Origin: Thermoproteota archaeon
GTDB taxonomy: Archaea > Thermoproteota > Thermoprotei_A > Sulfolobales > Ignisphaeraceae
Direction of reading: 5' to 3'
NCBI GenBank assembly: GCA_030550585.1
Contig: JAUQPB010000005.1
Location: forward strand, 36,962-100,961
Length of the DNA: 64,000 nucleotides
In this document: positions 1-9,869 of the stretch, piece after piece
Layout of the letters: every line of letters begins with the position of its first letter
How positions within the stretch are numbered: the stretch's first letter is position 1
Notes under the pieces: generated by a model
Told to the model about the DNA's origin: nothing
The model's database searches: none
The model's input: only the letters and a program-made list of their open reading frames with translations
Program-made: the position numbers and the translations under genes

Positions 1-797
1 TCTATTACACCTAGACCCACCTCCTTATCCCCTAACCTATCCAAAATTCCGATGTCTCTAAAGCCTCTATTGGCAAATTCTAGCGCTAGCTGACTAAACC
101 TAAGCCTGTCGAAGTAGTTGGCTAGAAGCTCGTAATTTCCATAGCATATGTGTATCCCCAGCTTTATGTTCACGCCCTTGGTAACCTCATTTACAGCATC
201 AATAGCCCACTCCATTTCCTTGGGACTTGTTGTTAGGGCAGGCTCATCAACTTGTACAAACAGCGCGCCTGCCTCCTCCAGCCTCTTGATCTCTGAATTA
301 ATGATTTTCGCAAGCTCGAATACCAGATCCTCCTTCGAGGGATAGTACTCGTTATAGCTCCAATCAGCTATTGTGTAAGGTCCTGTCACAGTTACTTTGA
401 GAACCCTTCTACTGCTTACCCTCCTAAGATACTGAAACTCTTCAACAACTATAGGCTTTTCATAGACAAGCCTCGAGACAACTGCGGGCTTGTTGAAGAA
501 GTTGTTTCCCCATACCCTCACAGGGCCATAGAATCTGAAACCTCTGATCCTCTCAGCAAAGTATTCTACCATGTCATCTCTGCGCATCTCTCCATCGCTT
601 GGAATGTCTATTCCAGCCTCCTCCTGCTCCCTAACAACAGCCTGCACAGCATCGTCAAAAGCCTCGCGAAGCTCCTCTACACCTATTCTACCAGCTCTAT
701 AGAGCTTAACAGCATATACAAGCCATCTAGGTCTGGGATAGCTACCTATAACAGTTGTGGGAAGCACAGGCAACTCCACATTCATCTCTTTGAGCAT
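1..797 (-). CDS. metE: Cobalamin-independent methionine synthase, catalytic (C-terminal/core) domain protein; runs off window start
   Basis: Manual translation from ATG 797 gives MLKEMNVELPVLPTTVIGSYPRPRWL...AGIDIPSDGEMRRDDMVEYFAE...VTGPYTIADWS...VQVDEPA...HICYG, all MetE catalytic-domain motifs. Absent from the ORF track because it is partial. Confidence 0.9.
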   Translation of the reverse strand, partial: MLKEMNVELPVLPTTVIGSYPRPRWLVYAVKLYRAGRIGVEELREAFDDAVQAVVREQEEAGIDIPSDGEMRRDDMVEYFAERIRGFRFYGPVRVWGNNFFNKPAVVSRLVYEKPIVVEEFQYLRRVSSRRVLKVTVTGPYTIADWSYNEYYPSKEDLVFELAKIINSEIKRLEEAGALFVQVDEPALTTSPKEMEWAIDAVNEVTKGVNIKLGIHICYGNYELLANYFDRLRFSQLALEFANRGFRDIGILDRLGDKEVGLGVI

Positions 798-956
798 AGC
801 CAACCACACCCAGGGGGCTGTGAAGCAGCTCTACAGAGAACTCAGAACACTTGATTTATATAGAGACCCTCCATCCAATTTGCTGAACAGCTTATCTAAA
901 TCTGTTTTAGGACAGGTTTATCTAGATGCGCTCTCCAGTTATCTCGGCTATGGCGC

Positions 957-1703
957 ATGGCTACCGTTAGACTTGTCGCATATACAAAACCTGTTGTAGG
1001 CGAGGATCCCCGGAGGCTTGCTGTTCTAGCAGTCAAGGTTTCTGCCGGCAATCTCCACAAACGCGACTGGATCCACTACCTAACATTATATCCTGAAGAA
1101 CATGTCGGCGAACACATAGTCAAAGCCTCTCGGTATCCAGTGGTCTTAGAGCACATAGTCTTCACATTCCTAGTAGAGGACATATCCCGTGTCGCCAGCC
1201 ACCAGCTGGTTAGACACAGAATAGCCTCCTATACCCAAGAATCCCAACGCTATAGCGAAAGCTATATGAAGCAAGTCATCGAATGCCTCAATATCATTGG
1301 GGCGAGCAATGCCGAAAAAGCTTTTGAGATATTTAAAGAAAAGCCCAAAGATGTCTTACACTGCATAGAAAAGGGCTTTGTAGTACCTCCCCAAATCATG
1401 TCAAATAGCCAAGCACTACAAACATTCACAGAAGAGATTCTCAGAGCAATCTACAGCTACTACAAACTATTGAACCAGGGGATCAGCCTAGAGGACGCGA
1501 GATTCGCCATTCCACAAGCATCTAAAACACGACTCCTAGTCACACTAAACCTACGAGAACTACTCCACATCGCATGTCTCAGACTAAAACCAGAGGCACA
1601 GTGGGAGATAAGAGAAATAGTAGAAAAAATGTTAGCAGAGGCCTCAAAAATAGTTCCAGAAGCAACCGAACTACTAAAACTAACATGTAGTGACACAAAA
1701 TAA
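957..1703 (+). CDS. thyX: Flavin-dependent thymidylate synthase
   Basis: ThyX motif RHRIASYTQESQRY, plus LEH..FTF, EDARF, NLRELLH and AQWEIR. Confidence 0.95.
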   Translation: MATVRLVAYTKPVVGEDPRRLAVLAVKVSAGNLHKRDWIHYLTLYPEEHVGEHIVKASRYPVVLEHIVFTFLVEDISRVASHQLVRHRIASYTQESQRYSESYMKQVIECLNIIGASNAEKAFEIFKEKPKDVLHCIEKGFVVPPQIMSNSQALQTFTEEILRAIYSYYKLLNQGISLEDARFAIPQASKTRLLVTLNLRELLHIACLRLKPEAQWEIREIVEKMLAEASKIVPEATELLKLTCSDTK

Positions 1704-1911
1704 AGAGCACTGCATTCGACAAGTTCAATCTATCACTATTATCATCTCTACATCTTCCACAATAGCTTATGGCGAGTCCATTTATCAAGTAAGATATTTT
1801 CTTCGATATAGATTGGTCATCCTTTTGTTAATAAGAATTGATACTGCTATGAAACTGTACTTCTTTAGCATATTCAAAGCTATTCCTTCCTAGAACATGG
1901 CATGCTTTTAT

Positions 1912-2157
1912 ATGATGAAGATTTTTAGAGTTGTTGCCAAATTTAATGTTGGCTTCCCCTAAACTGTGGTCTATGGGTTTTTTGGGTATGTTAGGAATTT
2001 GCCTGATGGGAGTGTGGAGATACATGTTGAGGGGTCTGAGGATAGGGTTGATGCTTTTGTTGAGGCTGTTAAAGGTCTTAGGGAGTTTGATATATGGGAG
2101 GTTGAGTTGGTGAAAACGAGTGTTGTTGGATACAATGATTTTGTTATAGTGCCATAG
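1912..2157 (+). pseudogene. acyP: Acylphosphatase remnant
   Basis: GYVRNLPDGSVEIHVEG is the acylphosphatase signature. Upstream in frame: MMKIFRVVAKFNVGFP-TAA(1960-1962). The catalytic QGVGFR loop is reduced to VGF followed by a stop. Confidence 0.7.
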
Positions 2158-2182
2158 GCTAAGGCTCTATTCTGTTTGTGGT

Positions 2183-2623
2183 CTAGATGTCTACGACGAA
2201 TGTTGCGTACCACCTGCTGTTTTCTCTCCATATTCTCATCTCGTTATATGTAACTGCTTTGACAACTGTTCTAGGTTCGTGTTTGCCATGTTGAAACTCT
2301 TCTCCTTTTGCATACCCCTCTAAACAGATTATCTTCTCCTCGCCACTTTTCTCATACATTTTCAGAACCTTGAATTCTCCGAAAACGAGGTTTTTGCTGT
2401 CGTGGTGATAGAGCATCTCTTCTAGCCATCTGTAAAGCAGATTCTCCATATCATATCCACACACAGTAACAGGGATAGTCTCTCTGGGTTCAACTTTTGT
2501 GGTATCTGTAATGACTTCGAACATCGCTTTTGCCGCCTCTTCGAAAACAGCCTCCACACTCTCTCCCCAAACCTTTATAAGCACATCAGCAGTGTGGCTC
2601 ATAAACTCGTAGCCTCTATCCAT
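2183..2623 (-). CDS. Archease
   Basis: YEFMSHTADV N-terminus, VKAVTY and C-terminal FVVDI. Confidence 0.93.
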   Translation of the reverse strand: MDRGYEFMSHTADVLIKVWGESVEAVFEEAAKAMFEVITDTTKVEPRETIPVTVCGYDMENLLYRWLEEMLYHHDSKNLVFGEFKVLKMYEKSGEEKIICLEGYAKGEEFQHGKHEPRTVVKAVTYNEMRIWRENSRWYATFVVDI

Positions 2624-2697
2624 ATCACCACCAATCTGTAGAAACTATGCAACAAGGATTTTAAAGCTTGAAACAATATAAAATACTGGTGTTTTCC

Positions 2698-3288
2698 ATG
2701 GCAAAACTCAAGATTTTGCCCACAGACACTCTGATAATTGTTGACATGCAAAACGATTTCATGCCAGGTGGCGCCCTCCCAGTCCCCAATGCACTATCGA
2801 TAATCCCCACAATCAACAGGTATATAGAGGTGTTTGAGAAGGCAAAAGCAGTCGTTGTTGCCACAAGGGATTGGCACCCACAAAACCACATCTCATTCAA
2901 TACTAGGGGCGGTCCATGGCCGCCACACTGCATTCAAAATACATGGGGTGCTCAGTTCCACAAGGATTTGAAGCTGCCTAGAGACGCCATAGTGGTTTCG
3001 AAGGCGTTCAAAGAGGATAAAGAGGCTTACAGTGGATTCGAAGACACCGAGCTAGACTCTGTTCTGAGGCAACGTGGTGTGAGAAGGATTTTCGTGGCTG
3101 GTGTAGCCACAGAGTACTGTGTGAAGGCAACGGCTGAAGATGGCTTGAGGCTAGGCTACCAAGTGTTTATTTTGGAAGATGCTGTGAAGGGTATAAACAG
3201 CCCTCCAGGATCTGAGGAAAGAGCTATAGACAATCTTATAAGCAAGGGGGCTGTAGCTATAAGGATAGGCGATATTGTAACAGATTGA
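2698..3288 (+). CDS. pncA: Nicotinamidase/pyrazinamidase (isochorismatase family)
   Basis: VDMQNDFMPGG, RDWHP, WPPHC, AYSGF and GVATEYCV motifs. Confidence 0.92.
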   Translation: MAKLKILPTDTLIIVDMQNDFMPGGALPVPNALSIIPTINRYIEVFEKAKAVVVATRDWHPQNHISFNTRGGPWPPHCIQNTWGAQFHKDLKLPRDAIVVSKAFKEDKEAYSGFEDTELDSVLRQRGVRRIFVAGVATEYCVKATAEDGLRLGYQVFILEDAVKGINSPPGSEERAIDNLISKGAVAIRIGDIVTD

Positions 3289-3358
3289 TTTGTGGTTAAC
3301 CGAGGTGAAGCGCAAAGCACAAAACATTTCTAAGTGTATAGAAGCCTAGGGCAGAGAC

Positions 3359-3901
3359 TTGAGCAGCGAGAACATAGCTAGCAAAGTGATAGAGTATCTG
3401 AAGTGGCATCCAAATGCAAAACCATCTGAAATAGCAGACTATCTAGGTGTTAGCCCAAGGCTTGTCAGAGCTGTTCTGGCAAAGCTGAGGGCAAGAGGTG
3501 TTGTGTCGAGGACAGAGAAAGGCTATGTACTAAGGGTGGAGGCACCTAAAACAGGTGTGAACACAGAGAAGATAGAGCAAAAGCCATTAGCAGACGTCAC
3601 AAATATTACTAGAGAAGATAGAATTGCACTAGAGTCGAGGGATGTTCAATCCAGGTTGAGCGAGCTGGAGAATAGAGTAGAGTCTATAGAGAAAACCATC
3701 AACGAGCTGAAGAGCGCCATAGACAGTAAAGCAATTGACAAAAACGCGGGGAAAACAACATGCAGAGAAATCTACGAAGCAATAGAGCTGGTGAAAATGG
3801 GTCTGGAATCCATTAGAGTGGGAGACCAGCACTCCCTCGATTCAGTGCTAAACGAACTTGAAGACGTTCTGGAGAGACTAAGGAAATGCTTGGCCAGCTA
3901 A
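3359..3901 (+). CDS. Winged-helix DNA-binding protein with C-terminal coiled coil
   Basis: PSEIADYLGVSPRLVRAVLAKLRARGVV HTH, followed by heptad LSELENRVESIEKTINELK. Confidence 0.75.
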   Translation: MSSENIASKVIEYLKWHPNAKPSEIADYLGVSPRLVRAVLAKLRARGVVSRTEKGYVLRVEAPKTGVNTEKIEQKPLADVTNITREDRIALESRDVQSRLSELENRVESIEKTINELKSAIDSKAIDKNAGKTTCREIYEAIELVKMGLESIRVGDQHSLDSVLNELEDVLERLRKCLAS

Positions 3902-3955
3902 TCAGTGGGAGGAATGATCAATCACCATTCAGTGCGACCGAAAGCTCATCATCTC
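3900..3955 (-). ncRNA. Archaeal box C/D guide sRNA
   Basis: Minus strand reads C box AUGAUGA (3952-3946), 13-nt guide GCUUUCGGUCGCA, D' CUGA, aug, degenerate C' GUGAUUGA, 12-nt guide UCAUUCCUCCCA, D CUGA (3905-3902). Spacing is canonical and the location is intergenic. Confidence 0.8.
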
Positions 3956-4016
3956 CACGCCTAGCCCTTAGATGGCGAAAACCTCCTTTAAGGCTTGCTG
4001 CTCTTCTAAGTCAACC

Positions 4017-4940
4017 CTATATAGGTTGCTCGGCTATAGAGTCTCTCGCTAGCGAAATATCCAACACTGATTTTGCGTATACAAAACCCTCTCTATACCC
4101 CGCAACAATCTCCTGGCCCTGGGACTCTATAGCACTGGAGAAGAGCCTGTATGCATCTTGAAGCAGCTTTCTGTGGAACACCACTATTGTTGTGATGATG
4201 TTGAAGCTCTTTGTACCCTTTGCCTCCTCACCAGGTGCTCTAGCAACTGCAACCTCTCTGCAGAGACTTCCAGAACGCGGCTTTTTGAAGCATATCTCTA
4301 CTCTTGCACCCCTAGCCCTGGGCCTCTCTTTGTACTCTTCAACAAATCTGTAAACACCCTTCTCCTCGTCATAGACAAGCCTCTTATCCGCAGGGGCCTC
4401 TACAACCCATTTGACAGAGGTCTCATAGCCAGTGGGCCCCAGCTTTACCCTGGCAAGGGCTAGCTCGCTTCCCTTCGAGGCTCTAAGCTCTATTTCCTTT
4501 GTCGGTATTTTCGATTTGTCTAGACACAAAACGACAATGTCTCTATATTCACCAGATTTGATGATAAAACCCGGTGCAATTGCCAGAACATTGTTTCCTC
4601 TATCGACATAGACGTAGAAAGAGCTGTTGCAGATTGTGTCGAGGTCTAGCACCGATGCTTCAACTTGTTGTGCATTAGCCACCTCTACCTTGCTGTGATA
4701 GCTGCTGCTCTTGCCATTGCTAACCCAGTACCCCTCTATATAAACATCTCCAATATCGATTGTGGCTACAGCTGGGAGGAAAAGCTTTTTGTCTTCGATG
4801 TGCATACCATATACAAATCTCTTCACCAAATCCTCTCTAGAGATGTGAAGAGCGTAAGACGCAACGATAGCGACAATGGCTATAGACATAAGGGCTATAG
4901 ATATGGATATGAAGGGATTGATTTGTATCTCAAAATACAT
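4017..4940 (-). CDS. Hypothetical protein with N-terminal membrane anchor
   Basis: 307-aa ORF with a hydrophobic N-terminal helix; no family recognised. Confidence 0.7.
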   Translation of the reverse strand: MYFEIQINPFISISIALMSIAIVAIVASYALHISREDLVKRFVYGMHIEDKKLFLPAVATIDIGDVYIEGYWVSNGKSSSYHSKVEVANAQQVEASVLDLDTICNSSFYVYVDRGNNVLAIAPGFIIKSGEYRDIVVLCLDKSKIPTKEIELRASKGSELALARVKLGPTGYETSVKWVVEAPADKRLVYDEEKGVYRFVEEYKERPRARGARVEICFKKPRSGSLCREVAVARAPGEEAKGTKSFNIITTIVVFHRKLLQDAYRLFSSAIESQGQEIVAGYREGFVYAKSVLDISLARDSIAEQPI

Positions 4941-5015
4941 TTGCTGTACCCATATCCTATTTGGCTGTTCTCGAGCAAGTTTTTATACTGCTATTGTATG
5001 TGGGGGAGGGTTTGC

Positions 5016-6356
5016 TCATCTAAGTTTCTTATATGCATCTAGAGCAGCTGTGTAGAGTGGGTATGTAACTGGGGATGGCGTTAGCCATGGATGTGTAGCC
5101 ACTTGTAGTGATAACACATCTAGTAGGTGGGTCTTGCTCTGTATCAATATACTGACCATGTTTACCAATTCAGCGACCGATTGTCCTCCGGCTACTTGAG
5201 CCCCTATTATCTCTCCAGTTGTTTTTGACACTAACAGCTTTAGTTTTACTGTCTTGGCTCCTGGGAGTATAGTTGGGTGTTTGTCCACAGCCTCCGCAAC
5301 CCCAACAACATATTCTATCCCCTCTTCTCTAGCTCTGCTCTCTGTTATCCCCACGGCTCCGAGAACTACTTCCCCTATCCTAGTGGAGAACGCACCTACA
5401 TGTCCTATGTATCTACAAGACGTGTTGGTTGCCATATGTAGTGCAGCTACTCTAGCATCTGTTGTTGCGGCAGAGGCTAGCTGAACGAGCATTGGCTTTC
5501 CAGTGACTAGATCGAGCCTCTCCACACAGTCTCCAACAGCATAGACAATCGGGTTGCTAGATCTTCTACAGCTATCAACTACTATACCCCCTGTAACACC
5601 TATCCTCAGATTCATAGCCTTAGCCAAATCTGTGTTGGGCTCAACACCAATAGCTATAATAACGACATCAGCTGGAATCTCCTCGCCATTCGATAGCCTA
5701 ACCTTTTCAGCTCTCCCACTACCTAATATCTTTGAAACGGTTACACCAGTCTTTATATTCACACCACGCTTCTTCAGCTCCTCCTCAGCCAAAATAGCGA
5801 AATCCTCGTCAAAGTTCTTGAGAAGACAGTGGGGGAGAACCTCAACCAAGGTAACATTTTTACCTGTTTTCGAAAGGTCATCCGCTATCTCAACACCTAC
5901 AAAACCACCTCCAACAATAACTATATTCGAAGCCTCTTTAACAGCTTTGATCATCTCCCTCAGATAGTTATAGTCCTTGATGATGTGATAGACATTCTTC
6001 AGATCCTCACCATATACACCAAGTCTCTTGGGCCTAGAGCCGGTGGCTAAAACAAGTTTCTTAAAACCTAGCTCCCCACTTTTCAATGTCTTGACGGATC
6101 TTCCATTCAGATCAACAGATGCGACCTCATCAACAAAAATCTCAACACCTAGTTTGCGCAACGATTCGTCGCTAAGAATATTCTTATCGATGCTATCTAT
6201 AGAGTTGAATAGGTAGGGTATGGCACAGGGAATCAAAACCCTTTCCTCTCGCCTAATAACAGCAACAGACATCCCAGGGCTAAGCCTCTTCAACATAAGC
6301 GCAGTTGTGTAACCAGCTGGACCACCCCCAACAATCAAAACATCATATGCTTTCAA
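5016..6356 (-). CDS. FAD-dependent pyridine nucleotide-disulfide oxidoreductase (NADH oxidase/CoA-disulfide reductase-like)
   Basis: GGGPAG FAD motif, single redox Cys (PCAIPY), GGGFVGVE NAD motif, YAVGDC and C-terminal dimerisation domain. Confidence 0.9.
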   Translation of the reverse strand: MKAYDVLIVGGGPAGYTTALMLKRLSPGMSVAVIRREERVLIPCAIPYLFNSIDSIDKNILSDESLRKLGVEIFVDEVASVDLNGRSVKTLKSGELGFKKLVLATGSRPKRLGVYGEDLKNVYHIIKDYNYLREMIKAVKEASNIVIVGGGFVGVEIADDLSKTGKNVTLVEVLPHCLLKNFDEDFAILAEEELKKRGVNIKTGVTVSKILGSGRAEKVRLSNGEEIPADVVIIAIGVEPNTDLAKAMNLRIGVTGGIVVDSCRRSSNPIVYAVGDCVERLDLVTGKPMLVQLASAATTDARVAALHMATNTSCRYIGHVGAFSTRIGEVVLGAVGITESRAREEGIEYVVGVAEAVDKHPTILPGAKTVKLKLLVSKTTGEIIGAQVAGGQSVAELVNMVSILIQSKTHLLDVLSLQVATHPWLTPSPVTYPLYTAALDAYKKLR

Positions 6357-6407
6357 CAGACTTCACCAATGTTGTAAGGGATGGATCAGAATTTATACCT
6401 CATTGTT

Positions 6408-7196
6408 TCAATCTTCTCGCAGCATTCGCTCGTACTCATCATATGCATCGTCCAATGCCTTCAAAAGCGTTTGTTTCGCTCCATACACATAGATCTTCTC
6501 TATAGCCTTTATAGTAACCCCCCTCGGCGTTATCACACTGTCTCTCAAATCGCTAACACTCTTCGCCTCTAGCAAAGCTCCAACACCCTGAAAAACTGTG
6601 GAGAGAGCCTTCTTAGCTATGTTGTATGGCACTCCAGCCCTTAGTGCAGACAATAGAAATGTGTCAAAAAGCTCTGCAACCATTGCCGGGGTTGACGCTG
6701 AGTAGAATGTTAGCATATCCAAGATTTTTTCATCGACCCACTCAACTGTTCCTAGAAGACTGAAAACCTTCTCCACATAATCATTCTTTCTACTCGGGGG
6801 CGAGAGTGCTATGAAACCCTTGTTTATTTCGACAGCCACGTTAGGCATTGCTCTATAGACTGTGGATTTTGGTAGCAGATTCTCAAGTTTTTTCAATGGT
6901 GTTGCAGCCGCTATGGATACAACAATTTTGTTGCTAGCAAAATCGGCTAGGTTTTTCAGAGCCTCCTCAACATCCCCAGGCTTTACAGCAACAATAATGA
7001 TGTTAGAGACTGTGAATACGTCCTCGGCACTCCCCACCACTCTAAATCCAAGAGACTCTGCATCTGCTCTAGCCTGAGGAGCCTTGTCATAGACTGTTAA
7101 ACAAGCTTTTTCTATACCTGCCTTTGCAAAGCCCACTGCTATTGCTTTACCCATTCTGCCAAAGCCTATCAATCCTATTCTCAGACACTGGGACAA
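6408..7196 (-). CDS. proC: Pyrroline-5-carboxylate reductase
   Basis: IGFGRMG, AVKP, SIAA, RAMPN and V.TP.G.T motifs. Confidence 0.9.
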   Translation of the reverse strand: MSQCLRIGLIGFGRMGKAIAVGFAKAGIEKACLTVYDKAPQARADAESLGFRVVGSAEDVFTVSNIIIVAVKPGDVEEALKNLADFASNKIVVSIAAATPLKKLENLLPKSTVYRAMPNVAVEINKGFIALSPPSRKNDYVEKVFSLLGTVEWVDEKILDMLTFYSASTPAMVAELFDTFLLSALRAGVPYNIAKKALSTVFQGVGALLEAKSVSDLRDSVITPRGVTIKAIEKIYVYGAKQTLLKALDDAYDEYERMLRED

Positions 7197-7257
7197 GCAA
7201 TTGCACCACCTATAGCTCTGATCAACAGGTTTTTATACTCTAGCGACAGAAGATTTT

Positions 7258-8490
7258 TTGTTGGTGCATCCATTGAGGCAAGCACCAACGAGCGCTATAA
7301 GAGATGTTATAGATTTTCTGAGGGGGGAGACAGGCTTCATATACACAGCAAAGGCTAGAGAGCTGTCTAAGAAGGGCTTCAAGGTTATAAACTTTGGTGT
7401 GGGGCAACCAGATTTTCCAACACCGAAGCACATAGTTGAAGAGGCTAAGAAGGCTCTTGACGACGGCTTCACAGGGTATACAGAGGTTGCTGGGATACCA
7501 GAGCTTAGACAGGCTATAGCAGAGTATTTGAATGAGAGATACGGATCTGATGTAAAACCGGATGAGGTTATTGTCACACCTGGTGCAAAAGCAGCTTTGT
7601 TCCTAGCCTTCGCAGCCTATATAAGACCTGGTGACGAGGTTATAATCCCAGACCCCTCATACTATGTATACCCCGAGATAACAAAGTTTCTCGGTGGAAA
7701 ACCTGTTTACGTGCCACTGAAGTGGCTTGGCTCTGAGAGAGGCTTTGAACTAGATGTAGATGCAATTGAAAAAGCTATAACAAGCAAGACCAGGGCCGTA
7801 GTTATAAACAATCCACACAACCCAACAGGAGCCCTATTCACGCCAAAGGAGATTACAAAGATTTTTGAAATAGCTACTGAGAGAAACATTCTCGTTATAG
7901 TAGATGAGATCTATGACAACTTTGTCTATGAAGGAGATTTCAAGTCTTTCATAAGCTTCGAGAACTGGAGAGACTACGTAGTCTATACAAATGGGCTCTC
8001 AAAAACGTTCTCAATGACTGGCTGGAGACTTGGATACCTAGTCGTCAGAAGAGAGATAGCATCTAGGCTAACAAAACTCGCTGTAAATGTGTGGACCTGC
8101 GCCACCTCATTTGTTCAAAGAGCTGGGGTAAAAGCACTAAAAGGTGATTGGGGGCCGGTGAAAGAGATGATAGAAACTTTTAGAAGAAGAAGAGATATCA
8201 TGGTTAGCGAGCTCAGCAAAATCGATGGTGTGGCTGTGTGGAGAAGTAGGGGGGCATTCTACCTGTACCCCAACATCAGAAAAGTTTTGGACAAGCTCGA
8301 CACAGATGTTGAAACATTTGCAAATAGGCTTCTAGAGGAGAAGCATGTAGTCTTGTTGCCGGGAACTGTATTCTCTGAAACAGATTTTGGCAGAAATTTC
8401 ATAAGACTAAGCTTTGCATTGAATGAAGAGCTCATTGTCGAGGGTGTCAATAGATTGAAGAGTTTTATATATGAACACAAAAAGCTGTGA
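7258..8490 (+). CDS. Class I/II PLP-dependent aminotransferase (aspartate aminotransferase-like)
   Basis: GQPDF, NNPHNPTG, DEIY and SKTFSMTGWRLG. Confidence 0.93.
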   Translation: MLVHPLRQAPTSAIRDVIDFLRGETGFIYTAKARELSKKGFKVINFGVGQPDFPTPKHIVEEAKKALDDGFTGYTEVAGIPELRQAIAEYLNERYGSDVKPDEVIVTPGAKAALFLAFAAYIRPGDEVIIPDPSYYVYPEITKFLGGKPVYVPLKWLGSERGFELDVDAIEKAITSKTRAVVINNPHNPTGALFTPKEITKIFEIATERNILVIVDEIYDNFVYEGDFKSFISFENWRDYVVYTNGLSKTFSMTGWRLGYLVVRREIASRLTKLAVNVWTCATSFVQRAGVKALKGDWGPVKEMIETFRRRRDIMVSELSKIDGVAVWRSRGAFYLYPNIRKVLDKLDTDVETFANRLLEEKHVVLLPGTVFSETDFGRNFIRLSFALNEELIVEGVNRLKSFIYEHKKL

Positions 8491-8543
8491 TTCTGTGAAA
8501 TGTTTTAGAGACTCTGATTAGAGTATATCGATGGTGATAGGAC

Positions 8544-9764
8544 TTGAGAAAAATACCTATGGATAAGCCAATTGTTGAGATAGACGGGGATGAGATGGCT
8601 AGGGTCATGTGGCACTGGGTTAAGGAGAAGCTCATAGAACCATACGTAGATTTGAAGACAGAGTACTATGATCTGCATATAAAGGTTAGGGATGAAACAA
8701 ACGATGAGATTACCATAAGGGCTGCAGAGGCTATAAAGAGGCTTGGGGTCGGCGTTAAATGCGCGACAATAACACCAAATGCTGATAGGGTTAAGGAATA
8801 CAATCTTAAGAGGGAGTGGAGATCGCCCAATGCAACAATTAGAGAGGTTCTTGATGGCACGCTATTTAGAGCTCCAATTATTGTGAGCAATATTAAGCCT
8901 GCTGTCAGGTTTTGGACAAAGCCAATTGTTGTTGCAAGACATGCTTTTGGAGACATCTATTCTGGCACTGGTTTGAGGGTTGAAGAGCCTGGCGAGGCTT
9001 ATATAGTCTACAAAGGGGCTAGCGGAAGAGAGTACAAGATAAGGATAGGTTCTCTCCCATCAGCAGGGGTTATACAAGCATACTACAACCTAGACAAGTC
9101 TATATATTCATTCGCTAGAGCCGTCTTCAAATACGCCACTATGTTCAATTTGAATGTGTGGTTCGCGGCAAAAGAGACCATATCCAAGGTCTATGATGCT
9201 AGGTTCAAGGAGATATTCCAAGAAGTGTATGAGAAGGAATTCAAAGAGGAATTCACAAAAAGAGGACTGAAATACGAGTACTATCTAATCGATGATGCCT
9301 ATTCCAGGGCCATTAGATCCGAAGGAGGTTTTGTGTGGGCGACAAAGAACTATGACGGTGATGTCATCTCAGATATGGTGGCATCTGCATACTCGGGAAG
9401 CCTAGCTATGATGACATCAGAGCTTCTATCTCCAGAAGGCTACTACATGGCTGAGGCAGCCCATGGAACTGTCCAGAGACACTACTACAGATACTTAAAG
9501 GGGGAGAAGACATCGACAAACCCAACAGCAATAATATTTGCCTGGTCAAGAGGGCTCAGAAGAAGAGGTGAGCTAGATAACAACAGCGAGCTAGTGAGGT
9601 TCTCAGAGCTTCTTGAGAAGGCTGTTATCAAGACTATCGAGATCGACAGGATTATGACTCAGGACATTGCAAAGGTTTCTGAGCCCCCAGTTAATCTGGT
9701 TGCATCAACAGAGGAGTTTATAGAGGCTGTTCGGAAGAACCTCGAGCACATGGTAAGCCACTGA
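8544..9764 (+). CDS. icd: NADP-dependent isocitrate dehydrogenase, subfamily II type
   Basis: DGDEMAR, KCATITP, WRSPNATIR, KNYDGDV.SD, EAAHGTV.RHY and TSTNP. Confidence 0.95.
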   Translation: MRKIPMDKPIVEIDGDEMARVMWHWVKEKLIEPYVDLKTEYYDLHIKVRDETNDEITIRAAEAIKRLGVGVKCATITPNADRVKEYNLKREWRSPNATIREVLDGTLFRAPIIVSNIKPAVRFWTKPIVVARHAFGDIYSGTGLRVEEPGEAYIVYKGASGREYKIRIGSLPSAGVIQAYYNLDKSIYSFARAVFKYATMFNLNVWFAAKETISKVYDARFKEIFQEVYEKEFKEEFTKRGLKYEYYLIDDAYSRAIRSEGGFVWATKNYDGDVISDMVASAYSGSLAMMTSELLSPEGYYMAEAAHGTVQRHYYRYLKGEKTSTNPTAIIFAWSRGLRRRGELDNNSELVRFSELLEKAVIKTIEIDRIMTQDIAKVSEPPVNLVASTEEFIEAVRKNLEHMVSH

Positions 9765-9869
9765 CTTTTTTGTTGATGATTAAAACATTTAATTCTATTT
9801 GCCCTAGATACCTAGTCTAAAATATATCATCATAAGTATGTAGTTGGGGTGGCCTAGGCGAGTAGAGAA

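Noticed and set aside
1960-1962. Stop-codon recoding (Sec/Pyl) in acyP
   Set aside because: The codon is TAA, and neighbouring catalytic residues are also missing.
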